Shown: positions 37,971-52,308, counted from the first letter of the stretch. The stretch is 64,000 nt of DNA from Octopus vulgaris (GCA_951406725.2 OX597816.1:150350001-150414000), one strand, 5' to 3'. The notes: a model not told the origin generated them from the sequence alone. Program-made: numbers and translations.

Positions 37971-38421
37971 AGAGTCTTTGACTTTTATTTCTAGCAATGC
38001 TGGTGCTCCCTGCATCCTTTGTCACTTTTTAGTGATGGTGAATTATTTCCTTTTTGGTTTTGAATTGTGTCCTGCCACCTTATTTTATAATTTTCACTTT
38101 ACCATTTTGCTGAATCATCCACTGATTCCTATGATAAACTCTCTATATACTGACAAGGTAGAATTCTGCTTCACCACCCATAATGGAGTAAGCATTATTC
38201 ATAAGCATTAAATTCCATGCGAAATTGGCATGCCAATCTAATGTCACTCAATTGTGGTGGGGAGGTAGTCTCCCCTGTCAGAAAATAGAACATGTGCTTT
38301 TGTGGCTAAAGAGTTCTTTGACTCTTATTTCTACCAATGCTAGTGCTCCCTGCACCCTTCGTCACTTTTTAGTGACAGTGAATTATTTCCTTTTTGGTTT
38401 TGAACTACATCTAGCCACCTG
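37971..38421. repeat. ~110-bp direct repeats (about 37971-38080 and 38310-38421) flanking ~230 bp
   Basis: TCTTTGACTTTTATTTCTAGCAATGCTGGTGCTCCCTGC..GCCACCT occurs twice with scattered mismatches. Confidence 0.85.
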
Positions 38422-41400
38422 AATATGTATATGTGTAAATTTTTGTAGTATATGTGTAAATTTTTGTAGTGTCTATATTAAGCTGAAATTATCACTGGAA
38501 ATTTGTTGATTTCTCTTTAATTCTATCAGTAGAATTATATAGCTAACTGCAAATGCTATTAAATCATCGTTTCAGAGATCCTCAGTTTATTTCCACAATA
38601 TTTTATTGTATATTTAAGACAGTACACTTAATACTACATGCTTCAGTTTCATCTAGATCTCAGGAATACATACCTTATCACTAGTGAGTGTTGTCAGAGA
38701 TAGTATGGAGTTTTATCCAGAAGAAAATTTATTTCTCATCAGCTTAATCCCAGGAAACTGGAAGTAAATATCAGCTTTTAAAAGCTCCCTAGAGCATAGA
38801 TGGAATTAACATATATATATGTTTAACAGAATATCAGTTATTAATTAGATTTTTGCATCATACATATTCCTGACTTAAATGTGTTTTGCTTTATTTTCCT
38901 AAAATCAAAGTTTTTCAAGTCTTTTTTTATGAGACCATCCTCCTTTTTGAAGTGATTCCATAAATGCATAGTATATATAATACACATATAATACGCAATA
39001 AGATATGCATTCCATTAATGCATATTATAGTGTGTATAAGAATATACATTTGCAGGATTAACATCTCAAATTTATTTTAAAGCAAAAATTGATATTTATC
39101 CTTGCATAGAAATTAATTCATGTCTTGCATAACTGTCTTATGTAATTTTTCTTGTATACTTGATACTAAATCTATACTCCAAGGTGTATAATCCCATATA
39201 TGTAAGCACACACACACACACACACTCTCTCTCTCTCTCTCTCTCTCTCATTTATAGTCTTACTTGCACTGAAGCTGAATGAGATCTTAGATCAAAACCA
39301 TGTTCCTATAGTTTTCAGATTTGCAAGCTCTCTATACAGATTTTAACCCTAAACTTTATTTTTGGACAGGACCAGATATAATTCTTAAATTAAATTTATG
39401 TATGTGTTCTGCTCTGTGTTACATAATTCTTCAATGAGTATTATACTTATCTACATTTTTTTTATATTTTCCTAACTCTTGTATACATTGTATTCTGATG
39501 AACTCAGCAGAATATAGGTTATATCTAAACTTATCTGTACAAATTTGCAAAGCCAAACAGGAATTCAATTAATTTTTGTATTTGCTTTTTCAGCCATACT
39601 TTTGAATAGATGCAAATTTTAAATAATGATGATGATGCTTTTTCATCAAGAGTGCTCTTTAGCTGACATCTTTCTTATTTCTAAGCAGATTTATAGATGT
39701 AGATGGATTTTGTCCAATATTGTAAGAATCCGACAATGTTTTCTTCAAGATACTAAGATTACTGTTACTTATAAAATAGATACATTTTTGTGGCTGTCAA
39801 CTGATATGTTGACTAATGTTTGTATTAATACAGTAAGAAATGGTAGCTGGTTGCTATTCTATTAGGATAAATGGTGTCCAAACTAAAACTTTAAGATCTG
39901 CTTTCAGATTAATTTTTTTGCAACCTAAGATCTGAAGTCCTAATACATTGTCCACATAACCTTTTATAATAATTATAATGGTAATGATTTCTTACATTGG
40001 CATAAGACAATAAATTTTATGGGGTATGTGAATCAATCCCCGTATAACGGTTTGATTGCATTGGATAAAACAACATGTTGTCCCATACAGGATTTCAACC
40101 CAGAATATAAGGCAAAGAAGTTATGTGCCACCAGGCATTTATTCTACTGTTTGAAATATATAAATGTATTAGACTAAAAGTTTTGGTATTTGCAACATAA
40201 GCTTTGAAGTAATTAAAATTAAAAGAAAGAATTACATGTTGGTATAAGTCTGGATTCAACCAGACCAGACTAATGTGAAACTATTTTTGCCATGTTTCCC
40301 TGAAGTTGTTTGGCAAAGAAGAAGTAAAACTTGAAACAGAATATTTGTACAATATTAGATGGAATGAAATGAGTGTAAATGAGTATTAACACCAATTTGA
40401 ATAAATGTATACAACACAGAAGCAAGGAGATTAATTGAACAAGTGAAAAAAGCAAAATGGTAGGATACACTAATACTAAATCAGAAATCTGACAAGAACA
40501 TGGGTAAAATATGGCAAAATCAGTCTCCCAGAAATACTATGTTTGCAGCTAGGGTATATGCTTATAATCGCACATACATAATGTAATATTTCTAGTTTCC
40601 TTGCAGTCTTATTTGATTACTTTGTAATGTGGTCTACCTCTGCCATTTGTTTTGCTTATATATTGCTGTTCTGTGAAAATCGACATAGCTAACCTCCAAT
40701 TCACTTGACAGACATAAATAATACATTTACATAATGTACTCATATTCACATGAATATAATTATATGCATAATATATGTACAAATACATGCTTACCAACAA
40801 TTTCAGTCTATGTTCATTCTCGTAATTACATACATACATATTTTCTTACTTTCCATCCCTCACACATTCACACATGAAGAACAACTTTTCTTTTCGATAG
40901 GTTGTATTGAATACATTACTGTTTTCTAGTTTTTTTTTTTTTGTTCTTTTATGAGTTTTTCGCAGTTCCTTTGAAACAGTGAAGTTCCTAAATCCATCAT
41001 CAATATTTCCAGATCTTGTTTAATCTTCAGGTCCTTGTCTTGTGTTGTTGCCTCTTTACATTAGGTAGGACCAATGTAACTGATGTAGACATCATTTCTA
41101 GTATCTGAATTTTAACTAGTAGCTTTATACATTATCCGTATATTGTTTGTCTGCTTGCCTTAGTGTTGTTGTTCTGTGAGTATTTCTTCCACTATTAATC
41201 AGTTGTTTTTGTGGAGAATTTTGTGGATAACATTTCTATACTTTGCAGAACACCCCAGAAAAACAGAGAATTAACGATGAAAGTAATATTTATAGAAGCC
41301 TACGCTAAGAAATCATGCAGAAAACATCCAAATCACAAACAAAAATAAACTACCATATAAGTCTAATTGTTAAAATTTGTAAAGTGTGCAAGATAAAAAA

Positions 41401-41592
41401 CAAATCCTGTTAAAAGGAGGATGAACTTGAGAGCCTTTGTTATCAAGTAGTATAAATATTTATGTCTATTAAAAAAACCGCACTCTATTGGTTACAAAGG
41501 CGAGTGTTCCAGTTGATATGATCACTGGAACGACCTGCTTGTGAAATTGATTTACTAGTGGCTGAGCACTCTACAGACATGTGTACTCTTAA

Positions 41593-42426
41593 TGGGTGAA
41601 AGAGAGTCTGCTGAATGCCAACCCAAGAGAGGAATCAGCTATCCAAATTGACAGTACCTTGGTAGATAAAGTAGTTAAGGGTATGAAGACAGGGAAAGCC
41701 CCCGGCCCATCAGGAATCACCACAGAGATGTTCAAAGTATCTGGTGGTGTCGGCTAAAGCCTAGTCACCTGTATAGTTAACCAGGTGATACATGAAGGAG
41801 TCATACCCAATGACTGGTGTAGCAGCACCATAGTCAACTGCTACAAAGGTAAAGGTGACGCTTTAGATACAAATAATTATAGAAGTATCAAGATGTTGGA
41901 TCAGGTAATGAAGGTCATGGAGAGGGTCATAGCCCAACTAATTAGGGAGAGAGTCAGTCTAGATGAGATGCAGTTTGGGTTTGTGCTAGGGAAAAGCACC
42001 ACTGATGCTATATTTCAGGTAGCCATGTTACATGGCAGTGAAACATGGGCTGTGACTGCTGAGGACATGCGTAAGCTTGCTAGGAATGAAGCCATTATGC
42101 TCCACTAGATGTGTAATGTCAGTGTGCATACACAACAGAGTGTAAGCGCCCTGAGAGAAAAGTTGGATGTAAGAAGCATCAGATGTGGTGTACAAGAGAG
42201 ATAACTGTGCTGGTATGGTCATGTGTTGCGAATGAATGAGGACATCTGTGTGAAAAAGTGTCACACCCTAGCAAGTTGAGGGACCCTATGGAAGAGGTAG
42301 ACCCAGGAAAAGCTGGGATGAGGTGGTGAAGATTGGAGCCTGGTACAGCCTCCTGGCTTGCCAGTCTGCAGTCAAACCGTCCAACCCATGCCAGCATGGA
42401 AAGTGGATATTAAAAGATGATGATGA
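41593..42426 (+). mobile_element. RTE copy with two internal deletions
   Basis: Same family as 11721-14070; jumps from TTDAIF to AMLHGSETW at ~42018, and from WDEVVK to the terminal 3'UTR at ~42330; (GAT)n tail. Confidence 0.9.
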
Positions 42427-45384
42427 TACAAAACACTGTATATTTACTTACATCCTCCAACTGACTTAAGGTATGGGAACATTGGGCAGTTACTCAAAAG
42501 ATTCATGAGTCTAGAGGTCCAATTTAGATCAATATATGCTGTGGTTTTCTGACAATAAATATATACTACAGGGCCCAGTTCAATGATTTGCCTGAGGGCC
42601 TATAATACTGTTACGATGACTCTGTCCTCCAATCTAATTCATTATATAATACATCTCATTTATACTGAAGTGACAACAATCTTCTTCAACTCCATCTTTC
42701 AATTTCCCTCACAGGAGATTCTTTGTTATTAATGCAACAATTTTCAATATTATCTCCATTTCATTTAATTACTATATATCCTAGGTATGAATGGGACACT
42801 TCTTTTTATTACAGCAAATTCCATTGATTCCCTCAGTGTCAGTTTTAGATCTGTGTGATGATTTTACATCTCTTTCTTTTTAATTTATTTATAAGATTAA
42901 TCTTAAACCCTGGAGTGGTATTTAATTGATATTAGATCCCATAAAATTCTTCATATTGATCTGAATCTGTTAACATCTAACTGTTGTAAATTTATTCATT
43001 TTTCAAACATTACACTTCACTGGGTTTTTATATACCTCGTGTTTTACAAGTTTTGTAAAAATAGTAGACAATTGCAAAACTTGTTTATTTTGTATTATTG
43101 GACTAGGTACTCGTATATTCTGTGTTCAGCTTTCATCCAAGTGTTTTGTCTACAATATTCCCAGAGATTGGTAGAATACATACCAAGAATATATAGTCAG
43201 GGGAAAGAGAAGTTGTACTCATAACCTTTGAAAGCCTGCTAAACTGATAGAATTGCTCAGTCTGAACAACTGTATGTCAGTATCTGCAGGAAATACATGG
43301 ACAACAAGTCAGCTGATGGTTTGGTTGAAATGCTTGTAACAGAGTGAGCTCTGGTAAAAACACTCAAGGACAAGTTGGTGGAGTTTAACCGAGTAGTGTG
43401 CTAACCCGATGATGCATCATGTTAAGTTTGATTGAGTCAATTGTTTATAGCTATTCCTTTGAAGAAATTTGCTTTTCTCTGAGGCCAGAGTTTATAACCT
43501 TATTGTCTAAGGGATTACTAAAAAGTATTATGTTTTAGTCTGTAGAGCCTCCTGTTAATTTTGGTTCAGAATTTTAAGAAGTTATTTTCAATTCTCCAGT
43601 TTTCCCAATCTTATGAGTTAATATTGCAACTGACAATAATTTATATATAAATTATTATAAAACTCTATTATTGCCTTTGTAGATATAAAAAATGCTGGAA
43701 TGATTGGCTGAGATTTGAATTGCTCAAATTTTAGGCATGTTTTATGTAAGGGCATTAGTGAAGTCCTTAATATCCTAATATATTGGTTAGATTATAAATA
43801 TATAAAAATCATTATTTGTAGCTGAATATTGAGTTATAGAAGATAATTCTCATGTGTATATAGCTAAAATCCAAGAGTAAAATAACATAATAGTAAAATC
43901 CATTATCAAATATATAAATCAATTTTTATATTTGCTTTCATTTGTTATACTGTTTATGCAAAAATCATATCTATTAATTATAATTTGTGTGTGTGTGCAT
44001 GCATTTCCCTTTTCCTTGTGTATATGATTTTTTTGGTTCTTCACATTTCAATGTTTACAAGATTTATTAGTGTTACAGGCTTAGTGTCTCTCATAGCTGT
44101 GTGAGGATAAACAGAAGCTGTAACAAAGCTTATGGACCAAAGGCACCAGCAGCAGTAAAATTTGAACTCTTTATCTTTGCATCAGTAATCCTGAAGAGAT
44201 TAACCAACTTTCAACATAATATTTCAATTATCTGAATAAACTCTACTCTTCAATGATAATTCTATTTGCTGATAGCAATCTTAAGATTCAGCATTGAAAT
44301 AGAACTAAAACTACCAGTAGAGGTTTATCACTAAATCTGATCTCATCTATTAATTTCTTTGTCTAAGAATCCAAAATCCATTTTCAATTTCGTTTACAAA
44401 AGATTGGCATCATTAAAATTTTGATAAAGTAATTGACTTCAACAGTGTAAGACACAAGAATTTAGTTAGTAAGATTCCAGTTTTTAATCACAATATATCG
44501 TTTTGATTTCATCAGCATACTTTGGCACTGAAATAGAATATGCTAAATATTATAATAGAGTAAAGTACAAAACATCAGAACTCACTTTTTCTCACAATAT
44601 ATAAGCTTATTTTATTTTACAAATTTTATAAACTTAAACATTATTTTATAAAATAATTGCCATATATTTACATGGTTTTAAAATCATAGTAAAAATGGTA
44701 GTAATATTATAGCTTTAACTAATGTAGAAAATATGGAATAGACAGTAAAACATTTGGTGGCAGTGCTCCAGAATTGCAGTGGTTTGACCCAATAAAAATA
44801 ATGTATAATTTTATTAACAGCATACCCTAAAATAGTTTATAAGTACATCAGTTGCACACCTTGAATATACATCCTTAGTTGCAACTACATATGGATGAAA
44901 AGTGTTTTTTTTTTTCTTTTTTGGTTTACTGCCAAACTAGTGCTAAAATGTCTGGCTCCATTTTTCTTATGAAATTGACTAGCTGTTTCTGATTACTAAA
45001 ACTATCTTCGAATTTTTCATTCATTTTTCTTACCTTACAGTCCTTATTATATAAATTGTCACAGAAAGCACAGTCATTATCTTTCAAGACAGTAACAAGA
45101 TATTTAATCTTTCTGATACATTTACATAAAGAACAATATAGAAAAACTGGAACCAATTTCTTTTACTTAATATTATTTTTCCTTGGAGACAGTATCTTGT
45201 CATATATTTCTGCAAAATAATATTTGATTAAGTATCTTTTGTCATAGTTTCTTTCTTTTTAATTCATTCTTTAGTTTATTATTTCTATTTTCATACATAT
45301 TTCCTTCTGTCAAAAAAAAAAAGAGGCACCACATCCCTGTTAATCTGTGGCAGTCTCAGTTTTCTTTTAGAACAAATTTATCAA

Positions 45385-45808
45385 TAGGTGTAGGAGTGGC
45401 TGTGTGGTAAGTAGCTTGCTAACCAGCCACATGGTTCCGGGTTCAGTCCCACTGCATGGCACCTTAGGCAAGTGTCTTCTACTAAAGCCTCAGGCTGACC
45501 AAAGCTTTGTGAGTGGATTTGGTGGACAGAAACTGAAAGAAGCCCATCGTATATATGTATATATATATACATATATATATGTATGTGTGTGTATATGTTT
45601 GTGTGTCTGTGTTTGTCCCTCCCAACATTGCTTGACAACCGATGCTGGGGTGTTTACATCCCCATAACTTAGTGATTCAGCAAAAGAGACCGATAGAATA
45701 AGTACTAGGTTTACAAAGAATAAGTCCTGGAGGCGATTTACTCAACAAAAGGCAGTGCTCCAGCATGGCCACAGTCAAATGACTGAAACAAGTAAAAGAG
45801 TAAAAAAG
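45385..45808 (+). mobile_element. tRNA-derived SINE family A, full length
   Basis: A-box-like TGGCTGTGTGG, B-box-like GGTTCAGTCCC, internal (TA/TG)n, tail GTAAAAGAGTAAAA; several copies in this window. Confidence 0.9.
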
Positions 45809-45894
45809 AGAGAAAACCTAATATACATTTATGTCATAAATCTTTTAAATGAGAACATAATGTTGGCTGCACTTTAGTTTAAAATCTACTTTAA

Positions 45895-46116
45895 TCCTTT
45901 TGTTACCATATTTCTGTTGAGATGCTCTGTGTTTCTTTCAATTGATTTTAAATATAACAAAGAATTTAGTAAAATAACTTAGTTATCATTCAGCTAGTGT
46001 TAGGAACATAAATTGTGCCTAAGGTTTGGTGGAAGATTTTAATTGAAAACTTTTGAAAACAAGATATTTGTACTACAGAGTCAGAGGTGGTTTCAGCTGA
46101 GTTGGTAACGAGAGGG
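45895..46116. mobile_element. piggyBac-type MITE
   Basis: TTAA at 45891-45894 and 46117-46120; imperfect TIRs TCCTTTTGTTACCA / TGGTAACGAGAGGG. Confidence 0.75.
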
Positions 46117-46439
46117 TTAAAAGAAGAATCCACTTCACTTCTTTGTTGGTTTAACTGTTCAGTAGTAGCATCTTTATTCTAAATGAGAAAACTGTTACTA
46201 ATTAGCAGTCAGTTGTTCAATCGACTAAATTCCAAATGATCAAATTAACATGTAAGTGGCTGAGTATTTCACAAATACACATATACCCTTAATGCAATTA
46301 CCAGGCTAGCACAACGTAAGACAATATGACAAAGCATTCCTTGCATATAAAGGGGTTGGTGACAAATATAGCATCTGGCCATGAAAATTACCATAAATAA
46401 GAACTTGTCCAAAATAGAAAAATGACTTAAAAATAAATG

Positions 46440-46442
<3 letters not shown>

Positions 46443-46503
<61 letters not shown>

Positions 46504-46524
46504 CCCCTCTCTCTCTCTCTCTCT
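46443..46524. repeat. (CT)n microsatellite
   Basis: Read directly; other (CT)n runs at 2399-2429, 39225-39249 and 59142-59182. Confidence 0.95.
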
Positions 46525-46851
46525 GTATATATATAAAAATATATCTATGGGTGCAATTGGTGTTGTCCAATATAGTTGTATGTTGGCTAATAGCTAGTGA
46601 GTGAAATTGGTTGACAAAAACACTGAAGAAAGTTGGTGTGTGTGTGTGTGTATGTGAGAGAGAGAGAGAGGGTTTGTATTTTTCCCTGTCTTCACATGTA
46701 AACAACAGCTATACAGTCAATACATGCAGTGTCCTTTGCTGCAGTTCACAACTGAAGCATGTGCAAGCTTTTTAAATTCCTTTCTCATGTGTGATCTTTG
46801 TAAATTAAAGGTTCATTGATAAACAAGGGGATTATTACTTTGCTTGGAAAT

Positions 46852-47060
46852 AGGTGAGGGTTGGCAAGAATGGATCCAGTTGTGCAACATTTGCCTTAGT
46901 GAATTCTGTGTAACCCATGCAACCCTGGAAAAGGGGATGGTAAAATGATGATGATGATATATCATCAGCATTCATCATCATTTTAACATCAATTTTCCCA
47001 TGTTTGCATGGGTCAGACAGAATTCATTGAGACAGATTTTCTATAGCTGGATGCCCTGAC
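46852..47060. mobile_element. Two RTE-type 3' tails arranged tail-to-tail
   Basis: GAATTCTGTGTAACCCATGCAA..ATGATGATGAT followed by ATCATC..TTGCATGGGTCAGACAGAATTC. Confidence 0.7.
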
Positions 47061-47404
47061 TTTTTCCAAGCAAGGTAGTGACCCCTAGTCTATTAAACAA
47101 TGATAGCCCAGATATGCTCAGATATAACTATGTCTGGGCTGTTTTTGTTTACAAAGATCACATGGCATGTCAAGAAGTCCACCTGGTTATGCTTTTATAG
47201 TAAACTGAAAGTATATGATACCACCTGTGTTTGAAAGCAATGTTGTTTTGTTTACACATACCAAACATAAAAACAAGGAGAAAGAAATAATTATGTATAT
47301 TAAGATATTGGGAATGTAAATGAGGTGGTCATTTGGCAAGGATACTGCTTATAATAACACATGCTTACTCACACTACTTTACAAAATCAGAAAAAGAATT
47401 AAGG

Positions 47405-47568
47405 GGAAAAGTGGTGGAAGCACTCCGTCGGTTACGACGATGAGGGTTCCGGTTGATCCGAATCAACAGAACAGCCTGCTCGTGAAATTAACGTGTAAGT
47501 GGCTGAGCACTCTACAGACATGTGCACCCTTAACGTAGTTCTCGGGGATATTCAGCGTGACACAGAGG
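47405..47568. mobile_element. SINE-like repeat family C fragment
   Basis: GCCTGCTCGTGAAATTAACGTGTAAGTGGCTGAGCACTCTACAGACATGTG also occurs at ~41470-41593 and, decayed, at ~46210-46330. Confidence 0.65.
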
Positions 47569-48769
47569 GGAAAAGTATTTGTCAAACCACTTGACCTCTG
47601 TTTATCTCTTTCATAGGGTTAACTGAAATGAGAGACTAATTTCTTTTAAGACACTCCCACTCTGTCACTTGTAACAATTCCTGCAAGTAAGACAACCTCT
47701 ATGGAACCATTTGACCTACTAGAAAAAGCAACTAAATCTTTTATATTTCTATTAAAAATGATTAGAGTAAAATAGAAAGCTACTGAGGGAATAGAAACTG
47801 AAGGAATAGTAAAAAATAAAATTATAAAAAAAGTAAATATATACTGTGTATAGGTTAATATACAACATTATGCACAAGAACAAAGAATTTGACAAATAAA
47901 TGACAAGGTTAGAGAGATGAATGGCAATAAAAAAAGTCTTCAGTTTGAAACAAAATACAACAGCAAAAGCATCTTTTTTTCTAAAAAAATATAAGTAAAA
48001 TATTGAAAATTTGTTTTGTAAGTGCAACAGTAAAAATTATATTTGATAAAAATTGATGTATCCTCTACATCAGACAACTTTATATTACTATTACTGTTCA
48101 AGTTGTTCCTATTGAGTAGCAGATCAATTGAAATTTTCAGTTATAGCCATTTTATTTCAGGCATGTTACTAATTCCTTTGAGGAAAGCATGAACATGACA
48201 TAATTTCATCTCTTCTTTACCTAAAGTCCATTTACATTACTGAAGCCCTTGAGAAAAGGATAAATATCACACGATTCAATTTCCTTTCTGCTATAAATCT
48301 GTGTATAAGCAATCTATATTATCATTGTTGTTAGTAAGTGCTATTGCTAAATGGTACAGTGCTAGACTAGAGCCATGCTGTATTTAATTACAACTCTGTA
48401 GATTTTGAGTTCAAATATCCCTAACATGGACACTGGCTTGCATCTCTGCTTGATAAAATAATCATTTGTGGCATGTACTGAAGTTGATTCAACTGAATAT
48501 ATCTTGCTGCTATATATTTGTAAAATGTATGCATGTGTTTATATTTGTTTTACATTTGTTTTCCACTGCTAGCATGGGTTAGGTGAATACATATTTTTGA
48601 AGTTATATGGGAGACATTTGTTCAAGATTCTACACAATGGAACTGAATCAGAAATCATGTGCTTCTGGAGTGGATTTCTGAACCAACAGCCATACCTGTG
48701 CCTATGTATACATATATAAATGTGTGTGTGTGTGTGTACCCACATATATACATATATTTATACATAGCA

Positions 48770-49440
48770 TTGGATACAATAAATGAACATATTATTAAAA
48801 TCCCTTGTAAAACAGGACATAAAATGCGCTATACCAAACCTTAAGCTAACACTAATAGTATACTACAAAAATATTAAAATGAAAAACTTTAACACCAGTT
48901 AACAAACTACAAGTATTAAAACTCACAAATAAGTTACTAATGTCTATCGTAACTTATAAATTTGATTGTAGTTGTGAAAGTTATAAACTTCACAAAACCA
49001 ACTGCTATATTGGCTATACATGTACGACCACTCTCCCACTTCCTCATCATGCAACAAAGTAAATTTACTGTGCACTACACAACACAAAACTAGATTAGAA
49101 AACATTAATGGACAAGAGATCTTTACTCTAAAGAATTACCCACAAAAATAGATTACTGTTCATAAAAGCAATTCTTTGAACATGATTCAATGCTAAAATA
49201 AACATACATACAACATACACTATCCATAAACAATGACAATGTATAAACCTCATGGCCAAAATTTAGATTCTGTTGTTCATACCAAACATGGTGACTTTGC
49301 TTACAATAAGGAGGTAGTGATATATACCCATGTAACTTCATCCTAAAGATGATACTTTAAAAACATAGAAATGTTAATATATTTACAAACTTTACAAAAC
49401 CAAAGAAACTTCATAATGAAGTATTTTGATTAGTATATGT
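48770..49440 (+). mobile_element. Decayed Penelope-like element 3' region (GIY-YIG endonuclease remnant)
   Basis: 48955-49035 translates YKFDCSCESYKLHKTNCYIGYTCTTTL, fitting the PLE pattern VYKFxC..YIGxT; surrounding sequence has stops. Confidence 0.55.
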
Positions 49441-49447
49441 GTTAGAA

Positions 49448-50496
49448 CATCATCATCATCATTGTTTAATGTCCGCTTTCCATGCTGGCATGGGTTGGAC
49501 TTTTTGACTGAGGAATGGCGAATCAGATGGCTGCACCAGGCTCCAATCTGATCTGGCAGAGTTTCTACAGCTGGATGCCCTTCCTAATGCCAACCACTCC
49601 GAGAGTGTAATGGGTGCTTTTACATGCCACCGGCATGAGGGCCAGGCAACGGCCACACTCAAATGGTGTTTTTATGTGCCACCTGTACAGGAGCCAGTCC
49701 AGCGACACTGGCAATGACCTCGCTCAAATATATTTTCATGTGCCACCAGCAGAAGTGCCAGTAAGGCGACGCTGGTAACAATCACGCTTGAATGGTGCAT
49801 TTTATATGCCACCGGTATGGAAGCCAGTCAGCTGCTCTGGCAATGATCACGCTCGGATGGTGCTCTTAGCACTCCACTAGCACGGATGCCAGTCATGCAG
49901 GGCTGTCATCGAATTTGATTTCGATTTCGATTGCCTCAACAGGTCTTCGCAAACAGAGTTTAGTGTCCAATGAAAGAAAGGAACGATTAAGTGGGCTAGT
50001 TACACTTTTGGCATAGGCCACAGGTTATGGTCTCATTTGGCTTACCGGGTCTTCTCAAGCACAGCATATTACCAAAGGTCTTAGTCACTAGTTATTGCCT
50101 TGGTGAGGCCTAATGTTCGAAGGTCGTGCTTCACCACCTCATTTCAGTTCTTCCTGGGTCTACCTCTTCCACAGGTTCCCTTAACCGCTAGGGTGTGGCA
50201 CATTTTCACACAGCTATCCTCATCCATTCTCACCACATGACTATATCAGTGCAGTCGTCTCATTGCACACCACATCTGATGCTTCTTAGATCCAACTTTT
50301 CTCTCAATGTACTTACACTCTGTCGAGTATGCACACTGACATTATACATCCAGCATAGCGTACTGGCTTCATTCCTTGCAAGCTTACGCATGTCCTCAGC
50401 AGTCATGCCCCATGTTTTACTGCCATGTAGTATGGCTGTTCGTGCACATGTGTCATACAGTCTACCTTTTACTCTGAGCGAGAGGCCCTTTGTCAC
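49448..50496 (-). mobile_element. 5'-truncated RTE copy (C-terminus, 3'UTR, tail)
   Basis: TKGLSLRVKGRLYDTCARTAILHGSKTW; collinear with ~11721-12745. Confidence 0.92.
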
Positions 50497-52308
50497 ATGA
50501 AAGGAAATTCACCTTTTTGTTTTCTTTGATGACAAGGTCAAAGGAAATAAAAGCCTGCCCTTGACCTTTTTTGGGGATCATTATGTGATCATTATAGGAG
50601 GAAGTAGGCCTCAAATTGATGCCCTTGTTTGAATACTTGTAACAGAATGGACTCTGCTAAAGGTATCCAAGGACCAAGTGGTGGTGTTAAACAGGGCAAT
50701 GGATTGTCTTGTATTTATATATATGAATAGAAGTCTTCTATTCATATATATTTATATATTTAGTGATAGAAATTTGGTGGTGGTATTAGAGATAGTAATG
50801 TAATAGATGAAGTGATGGTGGTGGTGTGGTTGTTCATGGAGTAAAATGATTGGAGACCATTTATTATGTGGAGAATATCTGCCATCTTTCTTACTTTCCT
50901 CACCTCGCTATTGCAGAAAATGAAGATCTGTCTACTTTAAGTAGATGTATTAAGTTATGTCACCTATGGGATGCAAGGAAAGAGACAACAGCACTTATCA
51001 ACTATTGTTACTACAACTACTGCTGCTGATTAACTTATTAACACTATAATTTTATCGATACTTTTATTGTCATTATTACCACTACTAACTCTACTATCAT
51101 AGCAAACATCACCTCTAGCTTCACTATTACTACTGCTACAACATAGACTTCTACTACTCCTTACATGTTGGGTGAATGAAACAGCAAGAGTTTAGTTAAT
51201 GAAAATCAGCAAATGAAAAAGTATCAATTACTGCTTCTTAATACAGTTATCTATTCTGTTTTTAAGTGTAATTTAGATGCCAGATAAGGATTGTCTTTTT
51301 GATTTACAAAAGGGGAGTAAACAGTATCTTTTTCTAAACAGTATTTTTTTCTGACTAATATTTAACAGATTTCACTAACCCAATGTTTATGCAGCATATT
51401 GATTTAGATAGACAGCTTATTAAAAAGTTTAGCTAAGTTTAGATTTATTACGTGATATGGTGTAGGTTAGTGGTTAATAGATGCCTATATTAAAGAGGAA
51501 CTGGGAAGGACAATTTCTGAGAGAAAGAATCTAGATTAATCATGAATTCCTATAACCTCTTAGTGGCCTGTCTTCCCATCTCCTAACAGCTGCCAGCCTA
51601 CCTCATGCTGGAAAGATGTAAAAGCCTGAATTATCGACCTACATACTGACTTAGAAAGTTTTCTTATGTTCCTTCAGCTTAATTTCTATTGGCAGTCATT
51701 GGGCAGTTGACCAAAATGCAATATAAACTGTAACATAAGGTTGAAGTAGCATGTTGTATTATTGTTATTTTTTCTCTCAGTATTAATTTGAGCCTTGAGA
51801 AAAAGAAATAAATATAAAAATCCCAAATTGATGATTGGCAAAAGGGTTTCATTTCCATTAACATCATTGTCTTGAGCCAACAACAAAAATACATTTATTC
51901 AACCTGTTCAGTGCAATGATCAAATCTTCCTGAACAAATTCCCTGTTTGTAAAATGTGGTTTACCTGTGTTTAACCCTACATTTCATAACGTGTCCACAG
52001 TAATTACAGGATGACTATAACTAGAAATATCACTAAAGTGCTTCATTTTATCATATATATTTCATAATTGGAATTGACAAGAGTTGATAAATTGCTATTG
52101 CAAATCCTTACATTAATTGCCATAATTTTCACTGACATAATGATTTGTGCAATGTATGTTTTCCTAATCATAAAATACTTTAGCTGTGTCTCCAATATGT
52201 CATCTTTGACTCTTACAACTATCATACCATGACTCTTGAATGTCTTTCACATAGTTATATAAGGTTCCTCACATCTATTTCTTTCCTGATAACTGCCAGA
52301 TATTTTAA

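Noticed and set aside
42005-42030. RTE deletion caused by splicing
   Set aside because: The junction retains GT and AG rather than a clean exon-exon join
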